This document shows positions 9,447 through 19,478 of a stretch of DNA of 64,000 bases, one piece after another. The position numbers and the translations under genes are program-made. Origin of the DNA: Candidatus Curtissbacteria bacterium (lineage in GTDB: Bacteria; Patescibacteriota; Microgenomatia; Curtissbacterales; GWA2-41-24); the NCBI GenBank assembly GCA_016183325.1, contig JACPEV010000003.1, forward strand, positions 18,000-81,999, in the 5' to 3' direction. Numbering within the stretch: position 1 is the stretch's first letter; every line of letters starts with the position of its first letter. The notes under the pieces are model-generated. The model did not search any database. It was not told where the DNA came from and saw only the letters and a list, made by a program, of their open reading frames with translations.

Positions 9447-10475
9447 TTAGTTTTCTCTGTCAAAGGATTTTGATCCTCGATAAATTTTCGGAGGTTTGAG
9501 CCAATCTTTCTCAGAGGTTTTTTGGCGCTCAACTTCTTCAAGTGGTGTGATATCAAATGGAACTTGAGGCATTTTATCATCATTTTGAGAAATTGGAGTT
9601 TGCAGAGCATTTTGCAAATTTGATTGATTCTGGAAATTATATACTGACTGACTGGTTATTACTGGGTTGGGAGTTGGTGGGGTAAATTGTTGAGAAGATT
9701 GCTTTGGAATGCTTGCACTTTTTGATTCGCTGGCGAGACTGGCTCGGCCCGCCCCAAATTTAATTAACCAAGCAGCAATTTGAAAACTATTTTGGGTACA
9801 TTTGGCAGGAGAGAAACTTTCTGTAGATTGGGAAATTCCAGTGAATAAATTATAGGCGATGTCCTCATCTACTGGAAGTGCCAAGTCTTGAATAAACTGA
9901 GCAGTTACCTCACAAACACTTGCCGATTCTGGATTGGAGAAGTTTATTTGAGCAAATTTTTGGTTCACTTGTTCAACACTTACGTTGACTATGTAGGTAC
10001 TTGAGTCTAAATTTTGTTCACGAGTAATAACTTTTATCAGATCTTCCGATGATTTAAATCCTATTGCAAAAATTAAATCTGGTTTTGCGGGTACTTGTTC
10101 GAATGAAATTTTATCTTGGGAGAGGCCTTTTGAACCTGGGAATGGATGAATGACAATTTTTAATTTATTTTCTTCTAAAAAGTAAGTAACTTTATCAACA
10201 CTTTCTACTGCATCTTGAACGACTACAGCCAAGTTTGCGGTACCTTGTGATTGACCGATTTTGTCGACTCCATAAAGCAAAGTGCCATCTTTAACAGTCG
10301 GTGATTTGCCTATAATAGAAACATTTTTGCTTAATTTTTGACAAGAAAGGTAAAGCGCTAGTCCTGCGGCGAGTCCATCTATGCCAGTATCTTGAAAAAC
10401 GGCAATTAAAATATTCTCTGCTTTAGTGATTTTTTCAAGAGTTTTGTCTTTGGTAATTTGATCCATATCAACCAA
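9447..10475 (-). CDS. hypothetical protein (possible degenerate DHH-like fold) with a Q/P/S-rich C-terminal tail
   Basis: 342 aa. The N-terminal pattern ILIAVFQDTGIDGLAAGLALYL recalls the DHH motif I context but lacks the catalytic Asp/His. It occupies the slot between infB and rpsO where nrnA, rbfA or truB sit in other taxa. Confidence 0.3.
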   Translation of the reverse strand: MVDMDQITKDKTLEKITKAENILIAVFQDTGIDGLAAGLALYLSCQKLSKNVSIIGKSPTVKDGTLLYGVDKIGQSQGTANLAVVVQDAVESVDKVTYFLEENKLKIVIHPFPGSKGLSQDKISFEQVPAKPDLIFAIGFKSSEDLIKVITREQNLDSSTYIVNVSVEQVNQKFAQINFSNPESASVCEVTAQFIQDLALPVDEDIAYNLFTGISQSTESFSPAKCTQNSFQIAAWLIKFGAGRASLASESKSASIPKQSSQQFTPPTPNPVITSQSVYNFQNQSNLQNALQTPISQNDDKMPQVPFDITPLEEVERQKTSEKDWLKPPKIYRGSKSFDREN

Positions 10476-10641
10476 TGAGGCATGTCCGCAGGCAGACGTA
10501 CACGGCTCGTGCTAAGTCAGACTTGGCTATCGAGTTTGACTCGGTGCCGCGATTTTAACGGGTGAAACCCGTTCAGTCTTACCTTTCGCCTTCAGGTGTT
10601 ATTTGTACATGGCTTACGGAGCGGACTGGACAGGTAAATTT
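10476..10641. ncRNA. candidate structured RNA / GC-rich element between infB and the downstream ORF
   Basis: A 165 bp non-coding stretch, markedly more GC-rich than its flanks. Contains a hairpin aacgggtgaaacccgtt with a GNRA-type loop and a possible long-range pairing (gtccgc...gcggac). No class assignment possible. Confidence 0.25.
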
Positions 10642-12096
10642 TTAGCCCAAAGATTCTATAATATCTCCCTCACTAAAGTCAACGTTTGTAGCGAATCCTA
10701 TCCCACAGTCTTGACCTGAAAGTACAGTTTCGGCATCTTTTTTGAATCTTTTTAAGGAGATGATTTTTGATTCTAAACTTTGACCATTTGTACGTTTAAT
10801 AATGACACTGTCCCCTATTTTTAACCTGCCATGTGTAACGACTGCGCCGGCTATTTTTTTACCTTCGATATTAAAAGCGGCGACAATTTTGGCGCGGCCG
10901 GCAACCTTCAATTCGTGTTTGGCCTCTTGAAAACTTGTAGCAACTTCTTCCATATCTTCTAAGAGCTGATAAATAACATCATAACTCTTGATGACTATTC
11001 CCTCTCTTTCTGCTCGCGATTTGATTTGTCCTGAAATTTTGGTATTAAAGGATAGGATGGGTGAATCGGTTGTTTTTGCAAAGGAGATGTCATTTTCAGT
11101 TACTTGCCCAATACCAGATGAAATGACTAATAAGTCTTTCGGCAAGTTTTCAAGAATTGCTTCAAGAGAGCCGGCTACATCAGCCTTAATGATAACCTTA
11201 AATCTACCTTTAGCTTGTTGAGCTCTGGCAATAATATCTGCCATATCTAGTGGTTTTTTAGAGAGTACTCTCGTTTGAGTTTGTTCGCGAATAATCGAGC
11301 CAACTTCTAATACTTTTTTGAAACCTAAAACTTCTACCGGTTTACCTGGAAGGGCTTCTTCAACAATTTGTCCATTTTCATCAACTAAAGCCTTAATTGT
11401 AACGCTCTCATTGTCAATCTCGATTTTTCGGTTTTTCCCTAGCGTACCTTTCTTAACAATTACAGTAACCACAGGCCCCCGATTCTTGTCCAAAAATGAC
11501 TCTACAACAACTGATTCCAATGGCTCATTTGGCTGGCTTTGTTCTGGGGACAGCTGCCATACTAAATTGATCATTTCCAGCAGCTCTTTTATACCCCTGT
11601 TCTTTATTGCTGCAACCTCGACTAAAGGGACGTCACCTCCGTAGCTTTCAACGACTACGTCTTCTTTTTGAAGTTGTTTCTTGACTTTTTCGAGATTAAT
11701 GTCTGGAAGATCAGTTTTGGTAATGGCAACAATATATGGTTTTTGTGAAGCTTTAATATGTTTGATGGCCTCGACTGTTTGTGGCTTGACGCCATCATCA
11801 GCGGAAACGACTAGAATTATGATGTCTGCAATGTTTGCGCCACGTGAGCGCATTTTCTCGAAGGCTGCGTGTCCTGGCGTATCGATAAAAGTAATCGGCT
11901 TACCTTCGTGGATTATTTGGTAAGCACCAATATGCTGAGTGATGCCACCGTGTTCACGGGCAGCAACATTAGTTTTTCTGATAGTATCAAGGAGAGTAGT
12001 TTTACCGTGATCAACATGACCCAAAACGGTCACGACTGGTGGTCGAAAGTTGGTGTCTGGTTTCTGGTTCATAGTTACTGAAATTAGCGACGGCAA
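10642..12096 (-). CDS. infB: translation initiation factor IF-2 (short form, G domain plus C-terminal domains)
   Basis: GHVDHGKTTLLD, DTPGHAAF and NKTD G-motifs. 484 aa, lacking the long N-terminal region. Immediately downstream of nusA. Confidence 0.9.
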   Translation of the reverse strand: MPSLISVTMNQKPDTNFRPPVVTVLGHVDHGKTTLLDTIRKTNVAAREHGGITQHIGAYQIIHEGKPITFIDTPGHAAFEKMRSRGANIADIIILVVSADDGVKPQTVEAIKHIKASQKPYIVAITKTDLPDINLEKVKKQLQKEDVVVESYGGDVPLVEVAAIKNRGIKELLEMINLVWQLSPEQSQPNEPLESVVVESFLDKNRGPVVTVIVKKGTLGKNRKIEIDNESVTIKALVDENGQIVEEALPGKPVEVLGFKKVLEVGSIIREQTQTRVLSKKPLDMADIIARAQQAKGRFKVIIKADVAGSLEAILENLPKDLLVISSGIGQVTENDISFAKTTDSPILSFNTKISGQIKSRAEREGIVIKSYDVIYQLLEDMEEVATSFQEAKHELKVAGRAKIVAAFNIEGKKIAGAVVTHGRLKIGDSVIIKRTNGQSLESKIISLKRFKKDAETVLSGQDCGIGFATNVDFSEGDIIESLG

Positions 12097-12106
12097 AACT
12101 TTTCAT

Positions 12107-13375
12107 TTAAGCTTTATCGCCATGCCTGCCGGTCCTCGACTCTGAGGGACTCGGACTCGAATGAGCAGGCAGGCCATCATCAGGACTTGATGATTCATTG
12201 CTTTGGGATGTTGCAACTTTCGACACTGATTTAGATCTGTTTTTCACTGATTTTCTGGCAACTACTGTTTTTGCTGTCTTAGTACTGTCTGGCACTGTAC
12301 TTTTGACAATGTTTTCAGTGTTTTTTTCAGTGCTTTGGGTGGTTGCAGTCTTTTCTGACTCTTCGACAATTCCGAGCGCTTTCTTGGCTTCTTCTTTAGC
12401 GGCCTTTTCTTTAGCCTCGACTTCTTTAGGGGAACCACTTTTACCGCGAATATCGATTTTGTAACCTGTGAGTTTGGCGGCAAGGCGGACATTTTGACCT
12501 TCTTTGCCGATAGCAAGCGAGAGTTGATTATCTGGCGCAGTAACTTCGGCAGTTTTGTCTTTTTCGTTAACTTTAACTTGTAATTCTTTGGCAGGAGAAA
12601 GGGCAGCTCTTATGAATTCTGCAGGGTCTTCCTGAAAGGCAATGACGTCAATTTTTTCGTCGCCAAGTTCATTGATAACTGCTTGGACTCTAACGCCTTT
12701 CTGGCCGACACACGAACCAACCGGATCGACCCCAAGCTGATTGGAGTAAACAGCAATTTTTGATCTCGAACCAGCTTCTCTAGCAACTACTTTGATTTCG
12801 ACAGAGCCTTGGGCAATTTCAGGAACTTCTTGACGAAATAGTCCTTCCAAAAGACCGTTTGCGGCTCTTGAGACGATAATTTCCTGACCTCTGGTGCCCT
12901 CTTTAATACCAACGACGAAAAATTTGAGCCGTTGATTAACGTAATATTTTTCGTTATGAGATTGTTCATTCGGCGGCATGATGGCTTCGGTTTTGCCAAG
13001 ATTGACGGTGACAACCGGGCCGGAAATGCGCTGAACAAGACCGGAGACAATTGTGCCTACTTTTGATGAGTATTCATCAAGGATAGCATTTTTCTCCGCT
13101 TCCCTGATTCGTTGTAAGATTACTTGTTTGGCGGTTTGAGCGGCTATTCTGCCAAAACCGGAGGGGGTGATATTTTTCTTGCCTTTGGTAAGTTGAACCT
13201 CTCCGGTATTGGCATCGAGATTGACTTCGATGCCTTCCGGATCGCCGAAATCTTTGCGGTAGGCAGCTAAAATTGCCTGTTTGATGGAGTCGATGACCAC
13301 TTCCGGTTCGACTCCCCGCTCGGAGCAAACCTGATTTAGGGCAGACGCAAATTCGGTTCTTGCTTGGATAGCCAT
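12107..13375 (-). CDS. nusA: transcription termination/antitermination factor NusA with a K/E/S-rich C-terminal extension
   Basis: N-terminus MAIQARTEFASALNQVCSERGV..., S1 and KH domains. The C-terminal tail is low-complexity and ends in a GC-rich palindromic segment (12112-12165). Confidence 0.9.
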   Translation of the reverse strand: MAIQARTEFASALNQVCSERGVEPEVVIDSIKQAILAAYRKDFGDPEGIEVNLDANTGEVQLTKGKKNITPSGFGRIAAQTAKQVILQRIREAEKNAILDEYSSKVGTIVSGLVQRISGPVVTVNLGKTEAIMPPNEQSHNEKYYVNQRLKFFVVGIKEGTRGQEIIVSRAANGLLEGLFRQEVPEIAQGSVEIKVVAREAGSRSKIAVYSNQLGVDPVGSCVGQKGVRVQAVINELGDEKIDVIAFQEDPAEFIRAALSPAKELQVKVNEKDKTAEVTAPDNQLSLAIGKEGQNVRLAAKLTGYKIDIRGKSGSPKEVEAKEKAAKEEAKKALGIVEESEKTATTQSTEKNTENIVKSTVPDSTKTAKTVVARKSVKNRSKSVSKVATSQSNESSSPDDGLPAHSSPSPSESRTGRHGDKA

Positions 13376-13377
13376 TT

Positions 13378-13420
13378 ATTCGTTAATAGTTAATAGTTAA
13401 TCGTTAATGGTTAATAGGTA
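13378..13420. repeat. tandem TTAACGAAT-type heptamer repeats in the nusA leader
   Basis: cgttaatagttaatagttaatcgttaatggttaatagg immediately upstream of the nusA start. Related repeats occur at 19395-19430 (dnaK leader) and 30868-30960 (inside lepA). Confidence 0.6.
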
Positions 13421-13556
13421 AGAAACTATATTTAAAAAAAGGCGCTAGTTCGCGCCTTAGACTCTTAACTTTCTAAAATGCAATCGGATTTTAGCAAAAT
13501 AGTATACTTGAGTCAACTTTATGAATGAACAGAGCTTGCTGAAAACCTAAGCCAAA

Positions 13557-13593
13557 CTGTCATTCTGGGGAGCGAAGCGACTCCAGAATCTGA
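13557..13593. repeat. half-copy of a GC-rich composite palindromic element (cattctgg...ccagaat type)
   Basis: tgtcattctggggagcgaagcgactccagaatctga is a perfect nested palindrome. Full composite copies lie at 52661-52772 and 60522-60613. Confidence 0.7.
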
Positions 13594-13644
13594 ACCTAGA
13601 TTTTAAAATTTTGCGTAAGTCGTATTAACTACAAAGTAATATTT

Positions 13645-14196
13645 ATGAAACCTCAGGAAGTTTTAAATAAACTAGAAGCGCAAACCAAGGATCAATTCTT
13701 GCCGATTATTGGGCCGGTGAAAGGAAAAGTTTTGGTCGATGTTGTTAAGAAGCACAAACCGAAAAGGGTTTTGGAAATTGGGACCTTGGTTGGTTATTCG
13801 GCGATTTTGATGAATATGCATTTGCAAAGAGGATCAAAGATTACCACAATTGAGATTGATCCCAAGACTGCAATTATTGCTAAGTCTAACTTCAAAAAGG
13901 CTGGTATCGCAGCGATGGTTGACCTTAAGGTTGGCAATGCTCTTGATGTGATTCCAAAGCTTGTGGGGCCTTTTGATCTTTTGTTTCTGGATGCGGCTAA
14001 AGAAGAATATTTTGATTATTTAATATTAGCTGAGTAAAAATTAAGCAAAAATGCGGTAGTGGTTGCAGACAATGTCGGCATGTTTGCGGATGCGATGGCC
14101 GATTATCTTGAATATGTAAGAAGCTCCGGGAAATACAAAAGTAAAACTTATGATTTTGGCTTTGATGCGGTTGAGGTGAGTGTTGTGGCGTCTTGA
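13645..14196 (+). pseudogene. class I SAM-dependent O-methyltransferase interrupted by an in-frame TAA (14035-14037)
   Basis: The N-terminal ORF (13645-14037) carries a SAM-binding motif (VLEIGTLVGYS, DLLFLDAAKEEY). The same frame continues after TAA with ...KLSKNAVVVADNV...YLEYVRSSGKY..., matching the conserved C-terminal half of catechol-type O-methyltransferases, up to TGA at 14194-14196. Confidence 0.6.
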
Positions 14197-14389
14197 CCTT
14201 CCAAATTAGGCGCTTTTGATGGTAGAAGACTTACTTTTAAGGTAATATATTCAATCATAATGGCAAGTTCTTTTGCTTTTGAACCAATTTTTGTCAAGCA
14301 TTTTTCATTCTATACCATTTTGTGACGATCGTCAGAAAATAGTATAGATTGGGCTTGCTCGACGAGGTCGGGCCTTGTTTTTCTTAAAC

Positions 14390-14740
14390 TTATACTCGAC
14401 CGGGGTGTTGCTCTTCCCATGATTTCTGACGAGCAGCGCCAATTTCTTCTATATCCGGATGACGTCTTTCGAGCTCCATCAAAACAATACCATGGGCAAT
14501 ATTCCTGAATACTTCATCCCATGTTTCCTCGCCATGGATTTCGAGTCCATGTTCTTCAAAATCCTTGGCTGAAATTGACGTTTCTTTAATTAGTCTTGTT
14601 GCTAAATCAACTAGATTAACATTCGATTCAACAACAGTATCCCAAGCTGCATTCCATGGTACATACGGAACTTGAACCCCGGGTGTCTCTTCAAAGAGTT
14701 TTTGAGTTTTATATCTTTGGGTAATACCTGATTTTAGCCA
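14390..14740 (-). pseudogene. start-less ORF remnant inside the IS, between the left end and the transposase
   Basis: About 115-codon open frame (...PGVQVPYVPWNAAWDTVVESNVNLVDLATRLIKETSISAKDFEEHGLEIHGEETWDEVFRNIAHGIVLMELERRHPDIEEIGAARQKSWEEQHPGRV*) with no plausible start codon. Probably a passenger-gene relic. Confidence 0.3.
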
Positions 14741-15522
14741 CTAGAATCAGTAATCTTTTTCAGTATTCGCTTTACCTGTTTTTCTGTATCCATATTGCGA
14801 TAATTGTATCGCCAAACATACTCTCCCAAAAAGAGGGGAAGATATTTTCTTCTCACTCCTCCTTTGGCGGCCAGTTTTCTTTTAAGATAACCCCAAAAGC
14901 CTTCCAGGCCATTGATATGATTCTTGCCTCGAACGTATTCTCTTTCCCCGTGTTTGACTGTTCTATGAACATAACCTTTAGCAGCCAGTCCTGTATATGC
15001 TCTCCAGGTGTCGGAGCAGATCCTAGAACCAACTTTAACTCTCCTGGTGATAATTGGCAACAAATCAATGGCTTCTGTGTCATCAACCAGCTTGGCAAAC
15101 ACCTTGCCATGACGGGTTAAAATACCGAAGACCGGTTGTTTTGTTGTTCCGAATCCTCGTTTGCTTTCTGCCTCTTTTCTGAGTTGGTTTTTCCGTTTGT
15201 TTTTCTTTTGACCACCAAGATAAGTTTCATCTACTTCGACTGTTCCCGAGAAAACCCTTGGTACATCTCTGGCCATCACCTTTCTGGTTACCATTACGGC
15301 TTTCTCTACTGAATAATGGCTGATTCCTGTTTGCCGGCAGATGGTTTTGATACTGTGTCCCAGTAAAAACCATAACAAAACCTTGTACCAGTTTCTCCTG
15401 GTTAACCCCAGGCCTCCCAGTTTTGGTTTCCACTCATAAAGACAGTTTTTGCAACGCTTTTTACCCCGTCTGACCGAGTAAAGATGTCTGTTTTGGCATC
15501 TAGGGCAAGAATAACCCTTCAT
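14734..15522 (-). CDS. IS1595-family (ISXO2-like) DDE transposase with N-terminal zinc ribbon
   Basis: N-terminal CPRC...CKNC zinc finger, VEVDETYLGG, SDTWRAY, and NGLEGFWGYLKRKL motifs characteristic of the DDE_Tnp_IS1595 domain. 262 aa. Confidence 0.8.
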   Translation of the reverse strand: MKGYSCPRCQNRHLYSVRRGKKRCKNCLYEWKPKLGGLGLTRRNWYKVLLWFLLGHSIKTICRQTGISHYSVEKAVMVTRKVMARDVPRVFSGTVEVDETYLGGQKKNKRKNQLRKEAESKRGFGTTKQPVFGILTRHGKVFAKLVDDTEAIDLLPIITRRVKVGSRICSDTWRAYTGLAAKGYVHRTVKHGEREYVRGKNHINGLEGFWGYLKRKLAAKGGVRRKYLPLFLGEYVWRYNYRNMDTEKQVKRILKKITDSSG

Positions 15523-15801
15523 AACAACCTAATTCTAACATTGTTAGTGGCTGTTTTCAGGGATTACCCTATCTTTCATAAGCTCTTTGGACGAATTCAT
15601 CTAATAACGGTCGATTTTCGCCTTCTTGTGGGGACTGGAGATCCTTCATGGTGGCGAGATTATATTAAAATCTTTGTTGCAAATCAATTTTAGGACCGGG
15701 GAATTTTAAAATGACGAGGTCGGACCTGGTAATTTTGGATAAAAGCCAATCATTCTATACTGTTTTGTGACGATCGTCATAATTTAGTATAGAATCAGAT
15801 T

Positions 15802-16674
15802 TTAGAAAGTTTCTTCGAGTTCTTCGAGAAGGTCTTTTTGATGCCGATTGAGGCGAGTTGGTACCTGGATTCTGATGGTGACGTAGTGGTCGCCTTGGCC
15901 GTGGCCGGAGACGCGGGGGACACCTTTGCCGCGAAGGCGGATTTGAGTTCCTGATTGGGTACCCGCCGGGATACGGATTTTGACAAAACCATCAATGGTT
16001 TCTATTTCTTTAACTGTCCCAAGGGCAGCTTGTGAGAAGGATATTTCATCTTGAGTAACAATATCGTAGCCTCTTCTTTTGAACCTTGGATGAGGAGAAA
16101 CTTCACAAACGAGAATGAAGTTTGAGAAACGGATTTCCGAGCCGTCATCCACACCTGCCGGGATTTTGATTTTTTGTTTTTTACCCGCTTCGCCGCGAGG
16201 CGAGCCTTCGACTTCGACCTCTTTTTGGACACCATGAACCGCTTCCATAAAGTCAAGTTTTATGATGTAGCGGGGTAGTCTTGCTTGACGACCAAAAGGT
16301 GATCGTTCACCAAAAACCATTTCGAAAATGTCAAATGGGTCGGAGAAACCTCCGAAATCAAAGTTGAAATCCTGCGGTCCGCCTTGTGATGTCCAGGTAT
16401 ATGTACGAAATCCTCCAGGACCAGCGCCAGCGCCACCAAATCCTCCGCCCGGCTCAAAGGCCGCGTGGCCAAACTGATCGTATGCTGATTTTTTCTGAGC
16501 ATCGGAAAGAACCTGATAGGCTTCGTTTATTTCTTTAAATTTTTCCTCGGCACCTGGAGCCTTGTTAACATCTGGATGATACTTCCTGGCCATGGTGCGA
16601 TAGGCCCGCTTTAGCTCATCAGGGCTGGAGTTTTTTGAAACACCCAGAATTTCGTAGTAATCGCGTTTAGCCAT
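15802..16674 (-). CDS. J-domain co-chaperone (DnaJ/CbpA-like, no zinc-finger domain)
   Basis: N-terminal J domain ([33 protein letters not shown]), G/F-rich region, and C-terminal substrate-binding domains. The CxxCxGxG repeats are absent. Last gene of the hrcA-grpE-dnaK cluster. Confidence 0.8.
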   Translation of the reverse strand: MAKRDYYEILGVSKNSSPDELKRAYRTMARKYHPDVNKAPGAEEKFKEINEAYQVLSDAQKKSAYDQFGHAAFEPGGGFGGAGAGPGGFRTYTWTSQGGPQDFNFDFGGFSDPFDIFEMVFGERSPFGRQARLPRYIIKLDFMEAVHGVQKEVEVEGSPRGEAGKKQKIKIPAGVDDGSEIRFSNFILVCEVSPHPRFKRRGYDIVTQDEISFSQAALGTVKEIETIDGFVKIRIPAGTQSGTQIRLRGKGVPRVSGHGQGDHYVTIRIQVPTRLNRHQKDLLEELEETF

Positions 16675-16710
16675 GGATAGTAATTATATATCTAAATATC
16701 CCTTCGTGGT

Positions 16711-16830
16711 ATTTATTCTTCGAGAGAGCCCTTCGATGTAACTCAGGGTAAACTCCGCGAATCGAGAAGTTACCTTAAAAATTAATGTTAATTTAAAGGG
16801 TAAGTTCTCACTTCGTTCGAACAATAAATG
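16711..16830. mobile_element. MITE-like palindromic element (TTATTCTTCGAG...CGAACAATAAAT family)
   Basis: Terminal inverted repeats tttattcttcgagag / cttcgttcgaacaataaat enclose a core similar to the copies at 31198-31255, 50228-50296, 50608-50800 and 58711-58912. Confidence 0.6.
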
Positions 16831-16860
16831 GAGTTGCATAGGAAAGTAGGAATTTTTAGA

Positions 16861-17289
16861 TCAATTAGAAATTTTCTTGCCTTGTAAATCTTGTCCGCCA
16901 TAGGTCGCTGTTGTCTTGTTGACACGAAACTCCAGTTGGCCGATTTGCTGATTTTCTGATGAAAGTTCTACTTTGTAAACTCCTGCCAAAGGAAGTGGAA
17001 AATTAACAAGTTCGGTTAACAAATTGGTTTTGCCGTTTTGGCCAAGAGTGACTTTAAGTTCGCGCTCGGGAAATTTTTGGTCTGTTTGGCCGGGCGGAAC
17101 AATTTTAAGCTTTAGAGGGTATTCAGTCCCTGGCTGACCTCGAAGAACAGTAACTAAAAACATTCGCGGCCAATTGGTAGGAAGATTGGCTACAAAAAAC
17201 TGGTCGAAAATACCGACTATTGAAAGCTTTTGTTCCTGGGAAACGGTGGCATAGTCGCAAAGAACGAAGATATCTGTAGATAGATTCAT
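16861..17289 (-). CDS. hypothetical protein between dnaK and the J-protein gene
   Basis: 142 aa ORF embedded in the chaperone operon with no recognisable motifs. Confidence 0.35.
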   Translation of the reverse strand: MNLSTDIFVLCDYATVSQEQKLSIVGIFDQFFVANLPTNWPRMFLVTVLRGQPGTEYPLKLKIVPPGQTDQKFPERELKVTLGQNGKTNLLTELVNFPLPLAGVYKVELSSENQQIGQLEFRVNKTTATYGGQDLQGKKISN

Positions 17290-17398
17290 TTTTAAATTTC
17301 TAATTGATCTAATTAACCTAATTTCTAAATAATTTCTTGAATTAGAAAATTTCTAAATTGGGATTTTGTTAGAAATTAGAAATTAGTAATTAGGAATT

Positions 17399-19357
17399 TT
17401 ATTCTTTGACGACTTCCCCTTCTTCTACGTCACCGGTTTTGCCGGACTTTGATCCCGGGCCTTTTGAATCGTCTGTTTGACCATCAGTAGGTTGACCTTG
17501 GGGCTGATTTTGATCGTCTGCTGGTTGACTCTGGCTGGCGCCGGGCTGACCCGCTTCGCCACCAGGCGAGCCGTACATTGATTGGCCTATTTTGGAAAGG
17601 ACACTGGAGAGTTCTTCGGTTTTGGCTTTAACTTCATCAATGGGACCGGCTGCTTGGATATCCTTAAGTGCCTTGATTTTTTCCTCGACTTCGGTCTTGA
17701 CTTCAGCGGGAACCTTGTCGCCGGCATCTTTGAGCGCTTTTTCGGCTTGATAGACAAGAGCATCTGCTCTGTTTCTGGTTTCAATCTCTTCTTTTTTGGC
17801 TTCATCTTCCTTGGCATGTTCCTCGGCTTCTTTGGTCATTCTGTCGATCTCGTCTTTGGTGAGACCGGTTGAACCGGTGATCTTTATTGACTGTTCCTTA
17901 CCTGTGGCTTTGTCTTTAGCCTTAACATTTAGGATTCCATTGGCGTCAAGATCAAAGGTGACTTCAACTTGAGGAATACCGCGGGGTGCCGGAGGAATGC
18001 CATCTAGGATAAATCGGCCGAGTGATTTGTTGTCGGCGGCCATCGGACGCTCTCCTTGGAGAACATTAATTTCAACAGACGTTTGATTGTCCGATGCGGT
18101 TGAGAAAACTTCGGATTTTGATGTAGGAACGGTAGTGTTTCTTTGAATCAGTGCGGTTGAGACACCGCCAAGAGTTTCAATTCCAAGAGTTAGCGGCGTG
18201 ACGTCCAGGAGAACCATTTCTTTCATCTCGCCGCCTAAAACTGCTCCTTGAACTGCGGCACCAACTGCCACAACTTCATCCGGATTGATGCCTTTGTGAG
18301 GCTCCTTGCCAAAAAAGTCCTGAACTTTTTGGGTTACCAGAGGCATCCTGGTCATACCGCCAACTAGAACAATCTCGTCAACTTTACTCGGGTCAATCTT
18401 GGCATCTTTCAGACAAGCTTTCACCGGACCGAAAGTTTTTTCGACAAGATCGCCGACGATTGATTCAAGTTTAGCTCGCGAAAGTTTGGTTGCAAGATGC
18501 TTTGGGCCGGTTTGGTCGGCGGTTAGATATGGAATCGAGATTTCCGTTTCGAGTGTAGTTGAAAGTTCAATTTTGGCTTTTTCAGCTGCATCACGAAGTC
18601 GTTGCAGCGCAGGCCTGTCCTTTGAAATATCCATACCAGATTCCTTGTTAAACTCCGTGGTCAAATACTCCACAATTTTGGCGTCGAAATCATCACCGCC
18701 AAGATGGGTATCACCATTGGTGGCTTTGACTTCAAATACACCTTCGCCCAGTTCCAAAATAGAGATATCAAAAGTGCCGCCGCCAAGATCGTAAACCGCA
18801 ATAGTGTGGGCATGAGATTTATCGAGACCATAGGCAAGGGCAGCAGCGGTTGGCTCGTTGATAATTCGCTCAACCTGAAGACCGGCAATTTCACCTGCTT
18901 GCTTGGTGGCTTGCCTTTGGGAATCGTCAAAGTAAGCTGGGACGGTAATTACTGCTTTTTCCACTTTGCCTCCAAGATAGGCTTCGGCGTCGGCTTTGAT
19001 TTTTTGCAGGATCATGGCGGAAATTTCTTGAGGAGTGTAATCTTTGCTTTCGACAGAAACGACGGCCATACCTTCACGGCCCGCTTTGATGTCATATGGA
19101 AGCCACTTAATATCTCTTTGAACTTCAGCGTCTTTGTATTTTCTGCCCATCAGCCTTTTTATAGAAAAGATAGTGGTTTTAGGGTTAACAATCATTTGAC
19201 GTTTGGCAACATCACCAACGATATGTTTTGTCGGATCCACCACAGATGGGATGATATTTCTGCCTTCTGCCGAGTGGATGACTTTAGGCTTTCCGCCCTC
19301 GACAACGGCTACTACTGAATTTGTTGTACCTAAATCAATACCTATTATTTTCGACAT
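17399..19357 (-). CDS. dnaK: molecular chaperone DnaK (Hsp70)
   Basis: [18 protein letters not shown], and [14 protein letters not shown] with an acidic/G-rich tail. 652 aa. Confidence 0.95.
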   Translation of the reverse strand: MSKIIGIDLGTTNSVVAVVEGGKPKVIHSAEGRNIIPSVVDPTKHIVGDVAKRQMIVNPKTTIFSIKRLMGRKYKDAEVQRDIKWLPYDIKAGREGMAVVSVESKDYTPQEISAMILQKIKADAEAYLGGKVEKAVITVPAYFDDSQRQATKQAGEIAGLQVERIINEPTAAALAYGLDKSHAHTIAVYDLGGGTFDISILELGEGVFEVKATNGDTHLGGDDFDAKIVEYLTTEFNKESGMDISKDRPALQRLRDAAEKAKIELSTTLETEISIPYLTADQTGPKHLATKLSRAKLESIVGDLVEKTFGPVKACLKDAKIDPSKVDEIVLVGGMTRMPLVTQKVQDFFGKEPHKGINPDEVVAVGAAVQGAVLGGEMKEMVLLDVTPLTLGIETLGGVSTALIQRNTTVPTSKSEVFSTASDNQTSVEINVLQGERPMAADNKSLGRFILDGIPPAPRGIPQVEVTFDLDANGILNVKAKDKATGKEQSIKITGSTGLTKDEIDRMTKEAEEHAKEDEAKKEEIETRNRADALVYQAEKALKDAGDKVPAEVKTEVEEKIKALKDIQAAGPIDEVKAKTEELSSVLSKIGQSMYGSPGGEAGQPGASQSQPADDQNQPQGQPTDGQTDDSKGPGSKSGKTGDVEEGEVVKE

Positions 19358-19478
19358 TTATTCTCCTTTTCGTCGAAAATTCGCGAATTTAAACGAATTT
19401 TTAACGAATGTAAACGAATGAACGAATATTGGTTCAAATTAGTTCTCATTAGTTCAGATTCGTCAGCGTGAACTTTGT

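Larger units (their letters stand above)
14309..15794 (-). mobile_element. IS1595-family insertion sequence bounded by near-identical roughly 40 bp palindromic ends
   Basis: Ends tctataccattttGTGACGATCGTCAgaaaatagtataga (14309-14348) and ttctatactgttttGTGACGATCGTCAtaatttagtatagaa (15753-15794) flank a DDE transposase gene. A third solo copy lies at 36144-36182. Confidence 0.6.

Noticed and set aside
10988-12516. Antisense or alternative-frame ORFs within infB and nusA (10988-11221, 11318-11644, 11681-12081, 12198-12516, 12787-13328)
   Set aside because: Overlap strongly supported housekeeping genes. S/T-rich or basic low-complexity translations are characteristic of out-of-frame readings.
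13645-14196. Alternative genetic code (UGA or UAA recoding) to explain the in-frame stop in the O-methyltransferase
   Set aside because: Housekeeping genes here end in TAA and TGA at the expected positions with ortholog-like lengths. The internal stop is TAA, which none of the known bacterial recodings reassign.
16817-16830. GTTCGAA / TTCGAACAA motifs as possible tRNA T-arms (also at about 51050)
   Set aside because: They are the terminal inverted repeats of the MITE family. No acceptor/anticodon stem context. No tRNA genes could be recognised in the window.
17290-17398. AT-rich gaaattagaaattagtaattag repeats upstream of dnaK
   Set aside because: Simple low-complexity AT-rich sequence in a promoter region. 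Not a structured or dispersed repeat family.
17582-19421. ORFs overlapping dnaK on either strand (17582-17872, 17587-17817, 18399-18930, 18704-19318, 19203-19421)
   Set aside because: Contained within the DnaK coding sequence. No independent support.
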